A stretch of 63,563 nucleotides of DNA, the filler included, from Deltaproteobacteria bacterium (GTDB lineage Bacteria; Myxococcota; JACRCW01): NCBI GenBank assembly GCA_016218805.1. It is 4 parts of 4 records of this genome, joined end to end, with 100 filler letters (N's around TTAATTAATTAA, not from the genome) between each part and the next. Parts side by side here need not be neighbours in the genome. Positions count along the whole stretch, not along the records: positions 25,566 to 53,161 come from JACRCW010000061.1; 3 more parts are not named here. One strand, 5' to 3'. Each line of letters starts with the position of its first letter. The stretch's first letter is position 1. The notes under the pieces were generated by a model. It searched no databases. It was given only the letters and a program-made list of their open reading frames with translations, and had not been told where the DNA came from. Shown here one piece after another: positions 37,473-47,797 of the stretch. The position numbers and the translations under genes were made by a program.

Positions 37473-38935
37473 GTCCGGACAACGGGGAACAGCACCACAA
37501 ACTTGCAGCCCTTCCCCGGCTGGCTTTCCGCCCACACGTCGCCCTTGTGCGCATCCACAAAGCTCTTGACAATGGACAGCCCAAGCCCGGTGCCGCCGTG
37601 GACCCGCGTGGACGAGTTGTCCACCTGGTAGAAGCGCTCAAACACCTTCTCCAACAGTTCCTCGGGGATGCCGGGGCCGGAGTCCTCCACCTCCAGGCGG
37701 ACAAAATCCTCCTCGGCAATGCCAAACAGCGCCACCGCGCCGGTCTTGTCCCCGCCGCTGCGGGCGTGCTTGCGCGGGCCAAAGTAGTTCTTCACCCGCA
37801 GCGTGATGGTCCCGTTCTCCGGCGTGAACTTCACGGCATTGCCCAGCAGGTTAATGAGCACCTGGCGGACCTTGTCCTCGTCACCGGTGATGCGCGGCAG
37901 GCCGGGGTCCATGTCCGTCTTCAGTTCCACCTTCTTCTTGGCCGCCTGCGGCACAATGGAGGTGAGCGCGGCCTTGGTCACGGCGTACAGGTCCACGTCC
38001 GCCAGCGCCAGCTTGAGGTTCCCGCTCTCAATGCGGCTGAGGTCCAGGATGGAGGTGATGAGCTTCATCAGGCTCTCACCCTTCTCCATGATGGTCTGGA
38101 TGTACTCGCGCTGTTGGTCCTGGATCTCGCCGGCCATGCCCTCCAGCAGCATCTCCGAATACCCGATGATGGAGGTCAGCGGCGTGCGCAGCTCATGGGA
38201 GACGGTGGCCAGGAAGTTGGACTTCATCTTGTCCAGTTCCTTGAGCCGCTCATTCTGCTCCTCCATGCGCCGGTTCTTCTCCATGAGTTCCTGGTAGCTC
38301 TGCGTCACGCTTTCAATGTGCATGGAGCTGACCATGGCCGCGCGGTAGCTGGTGAACAGGATCACCGCGATGACCTTCTGCATCTGCTCAATGACCTTGT
38401 TGATCACCTCGTCCGGCGCGCGGCGGATGGGGCTCATCAGCTCCACCAGGCGCGCCTCATCCAGCTTGGGCTCCCACTGGCGCAGCAGCGGGTTGGGCTT
38501 GGGATCCTCCTGCGGCACAAACGGACCAAAGATGATCCGCCCCATGTAGTCGCCCTCGTGGACCACGGGCTGGACCACGTAGCGCAGGCCGGAGAAGCAG
38601 TTGACCACGGCGGCGCGCGTGGGGTCCTCGGCGGTGGCCCAGTAGTCCTGGTTCTTCAGCTGGCGGACCAGGGCGGTGCAGCGCTGCTGGGTGGGACCGT
38701 GCTGGAACAGGTAGGTGCAGAACTCGCCGCCGCCCACGCGCACGTCCACCAGCTTGGTGCCGTTGGCGTCAAACACCTTGATGCCCACGCGGTACAGCTC
38801 CGCGTAGCTCTGGAACACCTCGCGGAAGCTCTCCGGGTCCACCAGGTCCGCCAGGGCAAGCTGTTTCTGCAGCGCGCCCTCTGCGGCGGGTGCGGGCGGC
38901 GGCAATCCAGGGGCCACAAGGGCGGACTCAGGCAA
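37469..38935 (-). CDS. PocR-domain sensor histidine kinase
   Basis: N-terminal Cys-containing PocR-like sensor; FLATVSHELRTPL, NAVKFT, GTGLGL. Confidence 0.92.
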   Translation of the reverse strand: MPESALVAPGLPPPAPAAEGALQKQLALADLVDPESFREVFQSYAELYRVGIKVFDANGTKLVDVRVGGGEFCTYLFQHGPTQQRCTALVRQLKNQDYWATAEDPTRAAVVNCFSGLRYVVQPVVHEGDYMGRIIFGPFVPQEDPKPNPLLRQWEPKLDEARLVELMSPIRRAPDEVINKVIEQMQKVIAVILFTSYRAAMVSSMHIESVTQSYQELMEKNRRMEEQNERLKELDKMKSNFLATVSHELRTPLTSIIGYSEMLLEGMAGEIQDQQREYIQTIMEKGESLMKLITSILDLSRIESGNLKLALADVDLYAVTKAALTSIVPQAAKKKVELKTDMDPGLPRITGDEDKVRQVLINLLGNAVKFTPENGTITLRVKNYFGPRKHARSGGDKTGAVALFGIAEEDFVRLEVEDSGPGIPEELLEKVFERFYQVDNSSTRVHGGTGLGLSIVKSFVDAHKGDVWAESQPGKGCKFVVLFPVVRT

Positions 38936-39620
38936 GCTCTTCTCCCAGGTTGATGCCCTTGGACTGCAGGTCCACGTTCTTGAAGATGCTGTGCAGGAAC
39001 TCCTTCTCGGTCAGCCCAAACTTGCGTTCAAACTCGTAGCGCGCGTTGAGCGCACGGAAGGTGGCTTTCACGGTGGCGTACAGCGTCTCCATGACGCCCT
39101 TCCCCTCCACCGCCACCGCCTTGAAGATGGGTTCCTTGCTGGACTTGCGCAGCTTCTCCATCTCCTCGTCCGTGCGGACGTTGGGCAGGTCCCGCTTGTT
39201 GAACTGGATGACAATGGGAACCTGCTCCGGGTCAATCCCGTTCTCCTTGAGGTTCTCCATCATGCCGGCCCACGCGTCCTGGTTGGCCTTGGCCTCCTTG
39301 AGCTGGCTGTCCGCCACAAACACCACCCCGTCAGACCCGGCCAGCACAATGCGCCGCGTGGAGTTGTGCATGACCTGGCCGGGCACGGTGTACAGCTTGA
39401 GTTTCACCTTGAAACCCTGGCTGGTGCGGAAAAAGATGGGCATCAGGTCAAAGAACAGCGTCCGGTCATCCGCCGTGTCCAGCGTCATCAGGCGGCCGCG
39501 GCACTGCGGGTCCAGCAGCTGGTGCACCACCTGCAAATTGGTGGTTTTCCCGCTCAGCGCGGGGCCGTAATAAACCACCTTCAGCGTGATCTCTCTCTGG
39601 GAGAGGTTGAATTGCACCAT
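38928..39620 (-). CDS. MglA-family small GTPase (SofG-like)
   Basis: KVVYYGPALSGKTTNL, RTLFFD, TVPGQ, NKRD. Confidence 0.92.
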   Translation of the reverse strand: MVQFNLSQREITLKVVYYGPALSGKTTNLQVVHQLLDPQCRGRLMTLDTADDRTLFFDLMPIFFRTSQGFKVKLKLYTVPGQVMHNSTRRIVLAGSDGVVFVADSQLKEAKANQDAWAGMMENLKENGIDPEQVPIVIQFNKRDLPNVRTDEEMEKLRKSSKEPIFKAVAVEGKGVMETLYATVKATFRALNARYEFERKFGLTEKEFLHSIFKNVDLQSKGINLGEELA

Positions 39621-39766
39621 GGACGTGGGCGACCTGGCGGCCACCATAGCCTCCCCCACCGCGCGCTCGCCAGCGGCGCCGGACACTGCACCGCGCACCG
39701 GGCCGGTTTCCGACGTGAACGGCCGGTTGTTTGACGCGGCACGCCGCGGTGGCACAATGAGGTTCC

Positions 39767-41215
39767 GTGCGCATACCGCTCGCACTGAAGGTCATGTTGG
39801 CCCTGGTGGCGGTGATTTGCGCCGGCGTCCTCCCCGCCCAGTGGCTGCTGCGCAACACGCTGCGGGACACCCTGCAGGCGCGCGCCGCCGGTGAGCTGCA
39901 GGCGCACGCGGCCCTGCTGGCCGGCCGGATGCGCACCATGCCGGACGCTGAGTCCATGCGGACCTACCTGCGGGACGTGGCGCTGGACACCACGGAGCGC
40001 ATCACGTTCATTGCATTGGACGGCACGGTGCTGCTGGACAGCGCGCACCGGGGCGCCATGGAGAACCACCTGCAGCGCCCGGAGGTGCAGGCGGCCCTGG
40101 CGGAGGGCGTGGGGGTGGCGGACCGGGTCAGCGCGTCAGACGGGCTGCACTACCTGTACGTGGCGCTCCCGGTGACCGGCACGCGCGGGATGCGGGCGGT
40201 GCTGCGGCTGGCGCGCCCGGCGGACTCCACGGTGCACCTGGCCGAGGAGGGCGCGCGCATTGTGGAGCTGGGGCTGGCCACCAGCGTGAGCCTGGCGCTG
40301 CTGCTGAGCTTCCTGGCGGTCCTCAAGCTGGTGCGCCCGCTGCGGCGCATGCGGGACGCCGCGGCCAGCCTGGGTGCGGGCGAGTTCACCGTCCGTATTG
40401 ACGTCAACACGGGGGATGAACTGGAGGAGCTGGCGCGCGGGCTGGAGACGGTGGGCGCGCAGCTGCGCGCGCGCCTGGCCTCCGCCGGCAGCGGCGAGGC
40501 GCTGCTGGGCCAGCTGGTCCACGCCATGGTGCAGGGCGTGATTGTGATGGGGCCGGACCGCACCGTGCGGCACATCAACGGCGTGGCGCGCGCGCAGCTG
40601 GGCCTGCGCGGGCCGCAGGAGAGTGAACGGGTCATCAAGCTGATGGACAGCGCGGTGGTGTGCCAGGCGGCGCTGGACGCGGTGAAGGACCCGCTGGGCG
40701 TGGACGTGCGCGTGCCCCACCCCGTCAGCGGTGAGCCCACGGACGGGACCGTGGTGGCGCTGCGCCGGCCGGACGGGGAGCCGCTCATTGCGCTGATCCT
40801 GGACGTGCAGAGCACCGGCGCGCTGGCGCTGGGCGAAGTGCCCGACCCGCGTGACGTGGTGACGCTGCCGCTGCGGGAGATGATGGACCGCGCGCTGGCG
40901 CGCGTGGCGGAGGACCTGGAGGACTCCAACGCCAGCTTCTCGCTGCCGGATGAATGGCCCGCCGCCACCCTGGCAGAGGTGGGCGGCCGCGTGGAGGGCG
41001 CGGTGACGGAGACGCTGCGGGCGGCTGCGCGCGCGCCCGGCGCGCAGTCCCAGACGCCGCTCACCGCCGCGCTGCACCCCGGCTTCCTGTGCCTGCGCCT
41101 GCCGGTCAGCCTGTCACCGGATGCCATCCGCGCCATTGAGCCGCGCCTCGCCCCGCTGGGTGGCCGCGTGGAAGTCTCGCAGGGGAGCGTGCAGCTGTGG
41201 TTGCCCAGAGCCTGA
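39767..41215 (+). CDS. PhoR-like sensor (Cache-HAMP-PAS) with a degenerate kinase C-terminus
   Basis: MENH..RPEV..A, two TMs, HAMP (PL.RM..A..L..G..DELEEL), PAS-like region; no recognisable H-box or G-boxes. Confidence 0.75.
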   Translation: MRIPLALKVMLALVAVICAGVLPAQWLLRNTLRDTLQARAAGELQAHAALLAGRMRTMPDAESMRTYLRDVALDTTERITFIALDGTVLLDSAHRGAMENHLQRPEVQAALAEGVGVADRVSASDGLHYLYVALPVTGTRGMRAVLRLARPADSTVHLAEEGARIVELGLATSVSLALLLSFLAVLKLVRPLRRMRDAAASLGAGEFTVRIDVNTGDELEELARGLETVGAQLRARLASAGSGEALLGQLVHAMVQGVIVMGPDRTVRHINGVARAQLGLRGPQESERVIKLMDSAVVCQAALDAVKDPLGVDVRVPHPVSGEPTDGTVVALRRPDGEPLIALILDVQSTGALALGEVPDPRDVVTLPLREMMDRALARVAEDLEDSNASFSLPDEWPAATLAEVGGRVEGAVTETLRAAARAPGAQSQTPLTAALHPGFLCLRLPVSLSPDAIRAIEPRLAPLGGRVEVSQGSVQLWLPRA

Positions 41216-42810
41216 CGGACCTGCCCAGCCTGGCCCCCGCGCCGGACGAAACGGAGACGCTGGTGCCGCCGGTGGTCATCCTGCGGGACCGCCGCCAGGT
41301 GGAGCTGCGCCAGGCGTACGCGCTGCCCGAGGCCGGCGGCACGCTGGACTACGTGGTGGAGTTCTTCCTGTTCCTGCCCCGCGCCATGGGCGTGACGCCG
41401 GCCACCTATCCCAAGGCGGATTTCTACACGGACGCGCACGTGTACACGCGCCTGGACGCGCCGGGCCGCTCGCTGCGCGAGCTGGGGGACCTCAATGATG
41501 AGCGCTCCCCGCTGGCCAAGGTGCATGCCGTGCTGCCGCGGCTGCTGGAGGCGCGCGCGCCCGCCACCGAGCCGCTGGTGAGCCTGGTGCAACTGCACGC
41601 GCACGAGCTGTCCGAGGCGGTGGTGACGGCCACCCTGACCGCCGCCCGTGACGCGCGCACGGGCACGCCGGAGGGCCCGGCCGCCTTTGAGCGTGACGTG
41701 GAGCGCCTGCTGGATGACGCGGACGGCGCGCTGGTGGCCATCCGCCAGGTGCGCGCGGAGGCCGAGGCGTTTGGCGTGCTGTGCCACCCGGGCCTGCAGA
41801 AGGCGCTGGGCTTTGCCGAGGAGTACGTCAGCGCCGTCCTGGATGAGCAGGTGGCCCTGCTGTCTGACGCCGTCCGCGACAGCCGGCACCTGCGCGACGG
41901 GGAGGGCACGGCGGTGCGCGTGCTGCTGCGGCTGGGGCGGTTCGCCGTGGAGGAGAGCCGGCTGCGCCTGGAGGCGGGCTACGCGCTGCCGTGGGATGAG
42001 CCGCGCGAGTACTTTGCCTACCGGCTGGGGCTGCTCAAGAAGGCGCTGCAGCAGGCGCTGTACCTCAACACGCGCGAAGCCCGCGGCGAGGAATACATCC
42101 GCGACAGCGCCGCCATGGTGGCCGCGGGGCTGGCGGCCACGTGGGCGTTCCTGGCGCAGATCCCCATGCTCAACGCCGGGGCCATGAACACCAGCACCTA
42201 CCTGGTGCTGCTGGCCTCCGCCGTGGGCGCGTACATGCTCAAGGACCGCATCAAGGAGTGGACCCGCAACTGGCTCATGCGCCGCCTGCGCCTCAATGAC
42301 TACAGCCGCCGCATTGTGGCGGACGCGCTGCGCCGCTTTGGCCTGGACGGGCTGCACGGCCGCGCCCGCGAACGCGTGCGCTACCTGCACGCGGACGAGG
42401 TGGACGACGACATCCGCGCCGTGCGCCTGCTGCACCGCTCGGTGATGGGCGTGGGCGTGGAGCTGGAGGACGTGCTGCACTACCGCCGCCAGCTCACGCT
42501 CACCGCTGACGAGAAGGCCACCGTGCCCCCCGGGTTTGGCATCCGCGAAATCCTCCGGCTGAACACCACCGCCCTCACGCGCCGGCTGGATGACCCGCTG
42601 GACGAGGTGGCCTACTACGACGCGCCATCCGGCCAGTTCCGCCGCGCCCACCTGCCCAAGGTCTACCACGCCAATCTCATTGTCCGGGTGTCCGCGCGGC
42701 ACGCGCCGTACGCGTGGGTGGTCCGCCACCGCGTGGTGCTCAACCAGGACGGGCTGGTGCGCGTGGAGCCGGTGGTCACCCAGAAGTGCGCGCGGCCGGA
42801 CGCGCGCTGA
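41197..42810 (+). CDS. Conserved hypothetical membrane protein
   Basis: 537-aa ORF with host codon bias, two TMs, YMLKDRIKE motif. Confidence 0.7.
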   Translation: MVAQSLTDLPSLAPAPDETETLVPPVVILRDRRQVELRQAYALPEAGGTLDYVVEFFLFLPRAMGVTPATYPKADFYTDAHVYTRLDAPGRSLRELGDLNDERSPLAKVHAVLPRLLEARAPATEPLVSLVQLHAHELSEAVVTATLTAARDARTGTPEGPAAFERDVERLLDDADGALVAIRQVRAEAEAFGVLCHPGLQKALGFAEEYVSAVLDEQVALLSDAVRDSRHLRDGEGTAVRVLLRLGRFAVEESRLRLEAGYALPWDEPREYFAYRLGLLKKALQQALYLNTREARGEEYIRDSAAMVAAGLAATWAFLAQIPMLNAGAMNTSTYLVLLASAVGAYMLKDRIKEWTRNWLMRRLRLNDYSRRIVADALRRFGLDGLHGRARERVRYLHADEVDDDIRAVRLLHRSVMGVGVELEDVLHYRRQLTLTADEKATVPPGFGIREILRLNTTALTRRLDDPLDEVAYYDAPSGQFRRAHLPKVYHANLIVRVSARHAPYAWVVRHRVVLNQDGLVRVEPVVTQKCARPDAR

Positions 42811-42864
42811 ACCGTCCCGCTTGGGTATAAGCCCCCCGCCGCATGAGACGGCGGGAGGAGCCAG

Positions 42865-45105
42865 ATGCGCATCGTGAGCGTGGGGGGCGGGCCGGCGGGG
42901 CTGTACTTTGGGATCCTGGCGCGCAAGGTGGACCCGTCCATGGAGGTGACCATCTACGAGCGCAACCGCCCGGACGACACCTTTGGCTGGGGCGTGGTGT
43001 TCTCCGACGAGACGCTGGGCAACTTCCAGCGCGCGGACGGGGAGAGCTTTGCGCAGATTGAGAGCAGCTTCATCCACTGGAATGACATCCACGTGCTGCA
43101 CCGCGGGCAGCGCATGATCTCGCAGGGGCACGGCTTCTCCGGCCTGGCGCGCGTGCGGCTGCTCAACATCCTGCACGCGCGCGCGCGCGCCCTGGGCGTG
43201 AAGCTCGTCTTTGAACACGAGGTGAAGGACCCGCGCAAAGAGCTGGACGCGGACCTGGTGCTGCTGGCGGACGGCGCCAACAGCCGCATGCGCACGCTGT
43301 ATGAGGAGCAGTTCCGCCCCACGGTGAACCTGCGCAAGTGCCGGTTCTCCTGGCTGGGCCTGGACCGCCCCATGACGGCGTTCACCTTCATCTTCAAGGA
43401 CAGCCCGCACGGGATGTTCACCGTGCACGCCTACCCGTTCTCCGCCACGCAGAGCACGTTCATTGTGGAATGCCGTGAGGAGACCTGGCGCGCCGCCGGC
43501 CTGGAGCACGCCACGGAGGAGCAGACGGTGGCGTTTGCGGAGCACCTGTTCCAGGACGAAATCCGCGGCCACCACATCATCCCCAACCGCTCCATCTGGC
43601 GCGCGTTCCCCAACGTGCGGGCCGACCGCTGGCACCATGACAACATGGTGCTGCTGGGGGACGCGGCGCACACCGCGCACTTCTCCATTGGCAGCGGCAC
43701 CAAGCTGGCCATGGAGGACGCGGTGGCACTGTGGAGCCAGCTGGTGATGCACCGGCACAGCGGCATCCCCGCGGTGCTGGCCGCCTATGAGGCCGCGCGC
43801 CGCCCCGAGGTGGAGCGCCTGCAGAAAGCGGCCCAGACCAGCCTGGAGTGGTTTGAGAACGTGGACCGCTACAAGGACCAGGAGCTGCTGCCGTTCACCT
43901 TCAACCTGATGACCCGCTCCAAGCGCATCACGTATGACAACCTGGCCCAGCGTGACCCGCGGCTGGTGGAGGAAACCGCCGCGCACCTGCAGGAGCGCGT
44001 CACCGGCGCCCGGCCCGCGGGCAAGGCCAAGCCGCCCGCGTTCCAGCCCTACACGCTGCGCGCGCTCACACTGCCCAACCGCATCGTCGTCAGCCCCATG
44101 TGCCAGTACTCCGCCACCGACGGTACGCCGGAGGATTGGCACCTGGTGCACCTGGGCAGCCGCGCGGTGGGCGGTGCGGGCCTCATCATCACGGAGGCCA
44201 CCGGCGTGTCGGCGGAGGGGCGCATCTCTCCGGGCTGCACCGGGATGTACCGGGAGGAACACGTGGCGGCGTGGAAGCGCGTGGTGGACTTTGTGCACCA
44301 CCACAGCCCCGCCAAGATCGGTCTGCAGCTGGGCCACGCCGGCCGCAAGGCCTCCAGCGCGCGCCCGTGGGACGGCGGCGGGCCGCTCACCCCCGCCCAC
44401 GGCGGCTGGCTCACCCATGCTCCCTCCGCCCTCCCCTATGACGCGGGCTGGCCCGTCCCCCGCGCCCTGGACCGTCACGCCATGGACAAGGTCATTGCGG
44501 ACTTCACGGCGGCCACGCGGCGCGCGGCCACGGCGGGCTTTGACCTGGTGGAGCTGCACATGGCGCACGGCTACCTGCTGTCCACCTTCCTCAGCCCGCT
44601 GACCAACACGCGCACGGACCCCTACGGTGGTGACGTGAAAGGCCGGCTGCGCTTCCCGCTGGAAGTGCTGGACGCCGCGCGCGCCGTGTGGCCCACGGAT
44701 CGGCCGCTCAGCGTGCGCATCAGCGCCACGGACTGGGCCGAGGGCGGCACGTCCGACGCGGACCTGCGGGAGATCGCCCGGGCGTTGCGCGCGCACGGCG
44801 CGGACATCGTGGACTGTTCGGCGGGCGGCGTGGTGCCCCACCAGCAGCCCGTGTACGGACGCATGTTCCAGGTGCACCTGGCGGACTTTGTGCGCAATGA
44901 CGCGGGCGTGCCCTCCATGACGGTGGGGAACCTCCAGGACGCGGACCAGTGCAACACCATCATCGCCGCGGGCCGCGCGGACCTGACCGTGCTGGCGCGC
45001 GCGCACCTCACGGACCCCTATCTCGCGCAGCGCGCCGCGGCCCGCTACGGCGTGGAGGACTTTGCCTGGCCGCGCCAGTACCTGCGCGCACGCCCCGCGA
45101 GCTGA
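42865..45105 (+). CDS. Bifunctional salicylyl-CoA 5-hydroxylase / anthraniloyl-CoA monooxygenase-reductase (AbmA-like)
   Basis: GGGPAGLY, TFGWGVVFSD, GDAAHTAHFSIGSGTKLAMED fused to an OYE domain (SPMCQYS, HMAHGYLL). Confidence 0.93.
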   Translation: MRIVSVGGGPAGLYFGILARKVDPSMEVTIYERNRPDDTFGWGVVFSDETLGNFQRADGESFAQIESSFIHWNDIHVLHRGQRMISQGHGFSGLARVRLLNILHARARALGVKLVFEHEVKDPRKELDADLVLLADGANSRMRTLYEEQFRPTVNLRKCRFSWLGLDRPMTAFTFIFKDSPHGMFTVHAYPFSATQSTFIVECREETWRAAGLEHATEEQTVAFAEHLFQDEIRGHHIIPNRSIWRAFPNVRADRWHHDNMVLLGDAAHTAHFSIGSGTKLAMEDAVALWSQLVMHRHSGIPAVLAAYEAARRPEVERLQKAAQTSLEWFENVDRYKDQELLPFTFNLMTRSKRITYDNLAQRDPRLVEETAAHLQERVTGARPAGKAKPPAFQPYTLRALTLPNRIVVSPMCQYSATDGTPEDWHLVHLGSRAVGGAGLIITEATGVSAEGRISPGCTGMYREEHVAAWKRVVDFVHHHSPAKIGLQLGHAGRKASSARPWDGGGPLTPAHGGWLTHAPSALPYDAGWPVPRALDRHAMDKVIADFTAATRRAATAGFDLVELHMAHGYLLSTFLSPLTNTRTDPYGGDVKGRLRFPLEVLDAARAVWPTDRPLSVRISATDWAEGGTSDADLREIARALRAHGADIVDCSAGGVVPHQQPVYGRMFQVHLADFVRNDAGVPSMTVGNLQDADQCNTIIAAGRADLTVLARAHLTDPYLAQRAAARYGVEDFAWPRQYLRARPAS

Positions 45106-45218
45106 CTCACCACGCCCACGCCGCCGGCCGTGCAACGGGCCGGTTGCGGGCGGGCTGCCATCCCGGCCATTGTCCCGCCGCGGGGCGCCCTGGGGGCGGA
45201 CCCGCTTAGGAGCCTTGC

Positions 45219-46442
45219 ATGTCCCTGGCCCGTGACGGTGTGGTGCGCGTCGGCGTGGTGTTCGCCCTGTCCTCCCTGGTGCTTGCCGTGCCGGCGCACG
45301 CCCAGCAGCCGCCTCCGCCACCGCCGCCGCAGGGCACGCCGCTGCTGCCGCAGGACCAACCGCCACCCGCCCAGCCCCAGCAGCCCACCTACCCTCCCAG
45401 GCCCGGCCAGCCGTACTACCCGCCCCAGCAGGGCTACCCGCAGCAGCCGCAACAGCCCGCCTACCAGCAGCCCGCCTACGGCCAGCAACCCGCCTACGGC
45501 CAGCAGCCCGCCTACCAGCCGCCGCCGCAACAGCCCGCCTACCAGCCGCCCCCGCAACAGCCCGCCTACCAGCCGCCGCCGCAGCAGCCCGCCTACCAGC
45601 CGCCGCCGCAGCGGCCGCCGCCCCCCGCCGCGCAGCCCGCGCCCCGTCCCGCGCCCACCCGCAGCGCGGACGCGTATGAGAACGCCGCGCCCCGGCCGCG
45701 CCCCGCCCCCGCCACCTCGGCGCTGGCCCCGGCCCCCGGCGAACCCAGCCTGGCCGACAAGCTGCAGGTGGAACTGGTCTCCTACGCCAAGCGCGCCGCC
45801 ATGATGTCCGTCCCCAGCGGCATCGCGCTGGTCGCCGGCGGCCTGCTGGGCGCCATCGCCTCGGGCGTGCTGTCCGGCATCTTCATTGGCGCCGGCATCT
45901 CCCAGGGCCTGCTGGTGGCCAACCCGCTCATCATCCTGTTCGTCATTCCCGTGGTCGCCATGGGGTCGGTGGCCGTGGGCGCCGTGGCCTACCTGGCCGT
46001 GCGCGCCATCAGCGTGGGCGTGGTCTCCATGTTCTTCACCGGGGACGCCAATGACATCAATGACCGCCTGCGCAACCTGCGGGTGATGAGCGTGAGCGAC
46101 ATGTTCGGCCACATCGGCGCGCTGGTGCTGTCGCTGTCCATCGTCGGGTTCGGTGGGCTGCTGGGCATGTTCACCATGTCGCTGGTGGGGCTGGGGTCGT
46201 TTGCCTACGCCCTCATGAAGCCGCCCGAAGGCGGCGCCCTGATGCCGCCCGCCTTCTACAACCCGCGCCTGCCCGTGTTCCCCCTGTTCATGCTGCTGGG
46301 CATGGGCTCCGCCGGCATGCTGGGTATTGGGCTGTTTGTCACCGTGGCGATTGCGCACCTGGACCTGCCGCTGAGCGCGTCCATCACGCAGCCGCTGGTG
46401 TTTGGTGACGCGGACACCACCGCGGCGCCGCCGGTGCAGTGA
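45219..46442 (+). CDS. Pro/Gln-rich secreted-membrane protein
   Basis: Signal peptide, QQPAY repeats, multiple C-terminal TMs. Confidence 0.7.
   Translation: MSLARDGVVRVGVVFALSSLVLAVPAHAQQPPPPPPPQGTPLLPQDQPPPAQPQQPTYPPRPGQPYYPPQQGYPQQPQQPAYQQPAYGQQPAYGQQPAYQPPPQQPAYQPPPQQPAYQPPPQQPAYQPPPQRPPPPAAQPAPRPAPTRSADAYENAAPRPRPAPATSALAPAPGEPSLADKLQVELVSYAKRAAMMSVPSGIALVAGGLLGAIASGVLSGIFIGAGISQGLLVANPLIILFVIPVVAMGSVAVGAVAYLAVRAISVGVVSMFFTGDANDINDRLRNLRVMSVSDMFGHIGALVLSLSIVGFGGLLGMFTMSLVGLGSFAYALMKPPEGGALMPPAFYNPRLPVFPLFMLLGMGSAGMLGIGLFVTVAIAHLDLPLSASITQPLVFGDADTTAAPPVQ
45451..45612 (+). repeat. Coding tandem repeats (QQPAY / QPPPQQPAY)
   Basis: 15-, 18- and 27-bp units built on CAGCCCGCCTAC. Confidence 0.85.
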
Positions 46443-46455
46443 CGGGCCGCTGACC

Positions 46456-47754
46456 GTGTCCAGCGCGGCGTCACTGCTGCTGTACGGGTCCGCGCTGCTG
46501 CTGGCGCAGGACCCGGACGCCCCCGTCTTCCTCCCCTACGACCCCCCGCCGCCGGCCCCCGCGCCGGAGCCACCGCCTCCACCACCCACACCACCCACAC
46601 CGCCGCCCGCGCCACCGCCGCCCGCCGCGCCGGTGGAGCTGACCACCGAACTCGCCCCGGTGCCGTGGGACAGCCTGGTGCCCCTGGGCCGGTCACGCGC
46701 GTGGGGGCTGCTGGTGCTGTGGGACCCCGCCATGGCGGACGGGCCGGCCCGCGCCGCCGCGCTGGGCGCCGCGCTGGAGCGCGCGCTGCGGGCGCAGCCG
46801 GCGGTGCGTTCCGTGCGGCTGTACCCGGACACGCAGCGGCTGCTGGACCAGCCGGATGAGGAAATCGCGCTCACCGTGTCAGCGGACCTGGATGTCACGC
46901 GCGTGCTGCTGGCGCGCGTCCACCCTGGCGGGCCGGACGGCGCGCTCCCCACCGCCACGCTGCGCGCGCTGGACGGGGACGCGCGCCCGCTGGCCCACGC
47001 GCCGGGACTGCCGCTGTTTGTTGTGCCCGCGCCGGTGCCCCCGCCGGCGCCGCCGCCCCCACCGCCCACGGCGGCGCCGCGCCGCACGCGCCGTTGGGAG
47101 CCACCGCCACCCGCCCCCTACGCAGCCACGCCGGACGCCGCGCTGGCGGAGTTCAAGCGCCGCGCGCTGGTCGTGGACCTCCTCCCGCCCGAACACCCGG
47201 AGGACCTCCCGGAAGTGGTGGTGCTGCGCAACGGCAAGGTGCTCACGGACGCGCAGCTGGACCGGCTGGGTGCGCCGGCGCCGCCACTGCCGCCCGCCAA
47301 CCTGGAGGGGCTCACGGTGCTGCGGCGGGCCAGCGCGGGCGTGGGCCTGGCGGGTGTGTGCGTGGTCCCGCTGGCGACGGGCACCGTGGGCCTGCTGGGG
47401 GCGGCCGGGCTGTGCAGCGCGCTGGCGGTGGCCAGTTCCGCCGGCGGCAACGCGGACCAGCTGCTGCAGAACCTGATCGTGTTCAACTACATCGGCGCGC
47501 TGTGCTTCTACCCGCCGGTGGTGGTGGTGTTGGGCGTGGTGGGCGCGGCCGTGGGCGCCGTGGTGAGCATGCTGTCCGGGTCCAGCTTCCTGTGGGACCT
47601 GGTCAACCGGGAAGAGGAGACGCCCACCAGCGTGCACCCGTACCTGGGGTTTGTGACGCGCTACAACAAGGCGCTGGCCCGCAAGCTCAAGGTCAACCCC
47701 GCCAAGGTGGGGAGGAAGTACTTCCCGACGGGACGGCCACCCACGCGGCGGTGA
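46456..47754 (+). CDS. Pro-rich hypothetical membrane protein
   Basis: Signal-like N-terminus, poly-Pro linkers, C-terminal TMs. Confidence 0.6.
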   Translation: MSSAASLLLYGSALLLAQDPDAPVFLPYDPPPPAPAPEPPPPPPTPPTPPPAPPPPAAPVELTTELAPVPWDSLVPLGRSRAWGLLVLWDPAMADGPARAAALGAALERALRAQPAVRSVRLYPDTQRLLDQPDEEIALTVSADLDVTRVLLARVHPGGPDGALPTATLRALDGDARPLAHAPGLPLFVVPAPVPPPAPPPPPPTAAPRRTRRWEPPPPAPYAATPDAALAEFKRRALVVDLLPPEHPEDLPEVVVLRNGKVLTDAQLDRLGAPAPPLPPANLEGLTVLRRASAGVGLAGVCVVPLATGTVGLLGAAGLCSALAVASSAGGNADQLLQNLIVFNYIGALCFYPPVVVVLGVVGAAVGAVVSMLSGSSFLWDLVNREEETPTSVHPYLGFVTRYNKALARKLKVNPAKVGRKYFPTGRPPTRR

Positions 47755-47797
47755 AGGACCGCGCGCCGGTGCTACCCTGCGCGTGACGGAGGCAACC

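Noticed and set aside
40150..45366. 1738-aa minus-strand ORF (and similar long ORFs such as 33951-36083, 37337-38953, 22169-23908)
   Set aside because: Antisense shadows of well-supported genes in high-GC DNA; no domain motifs.
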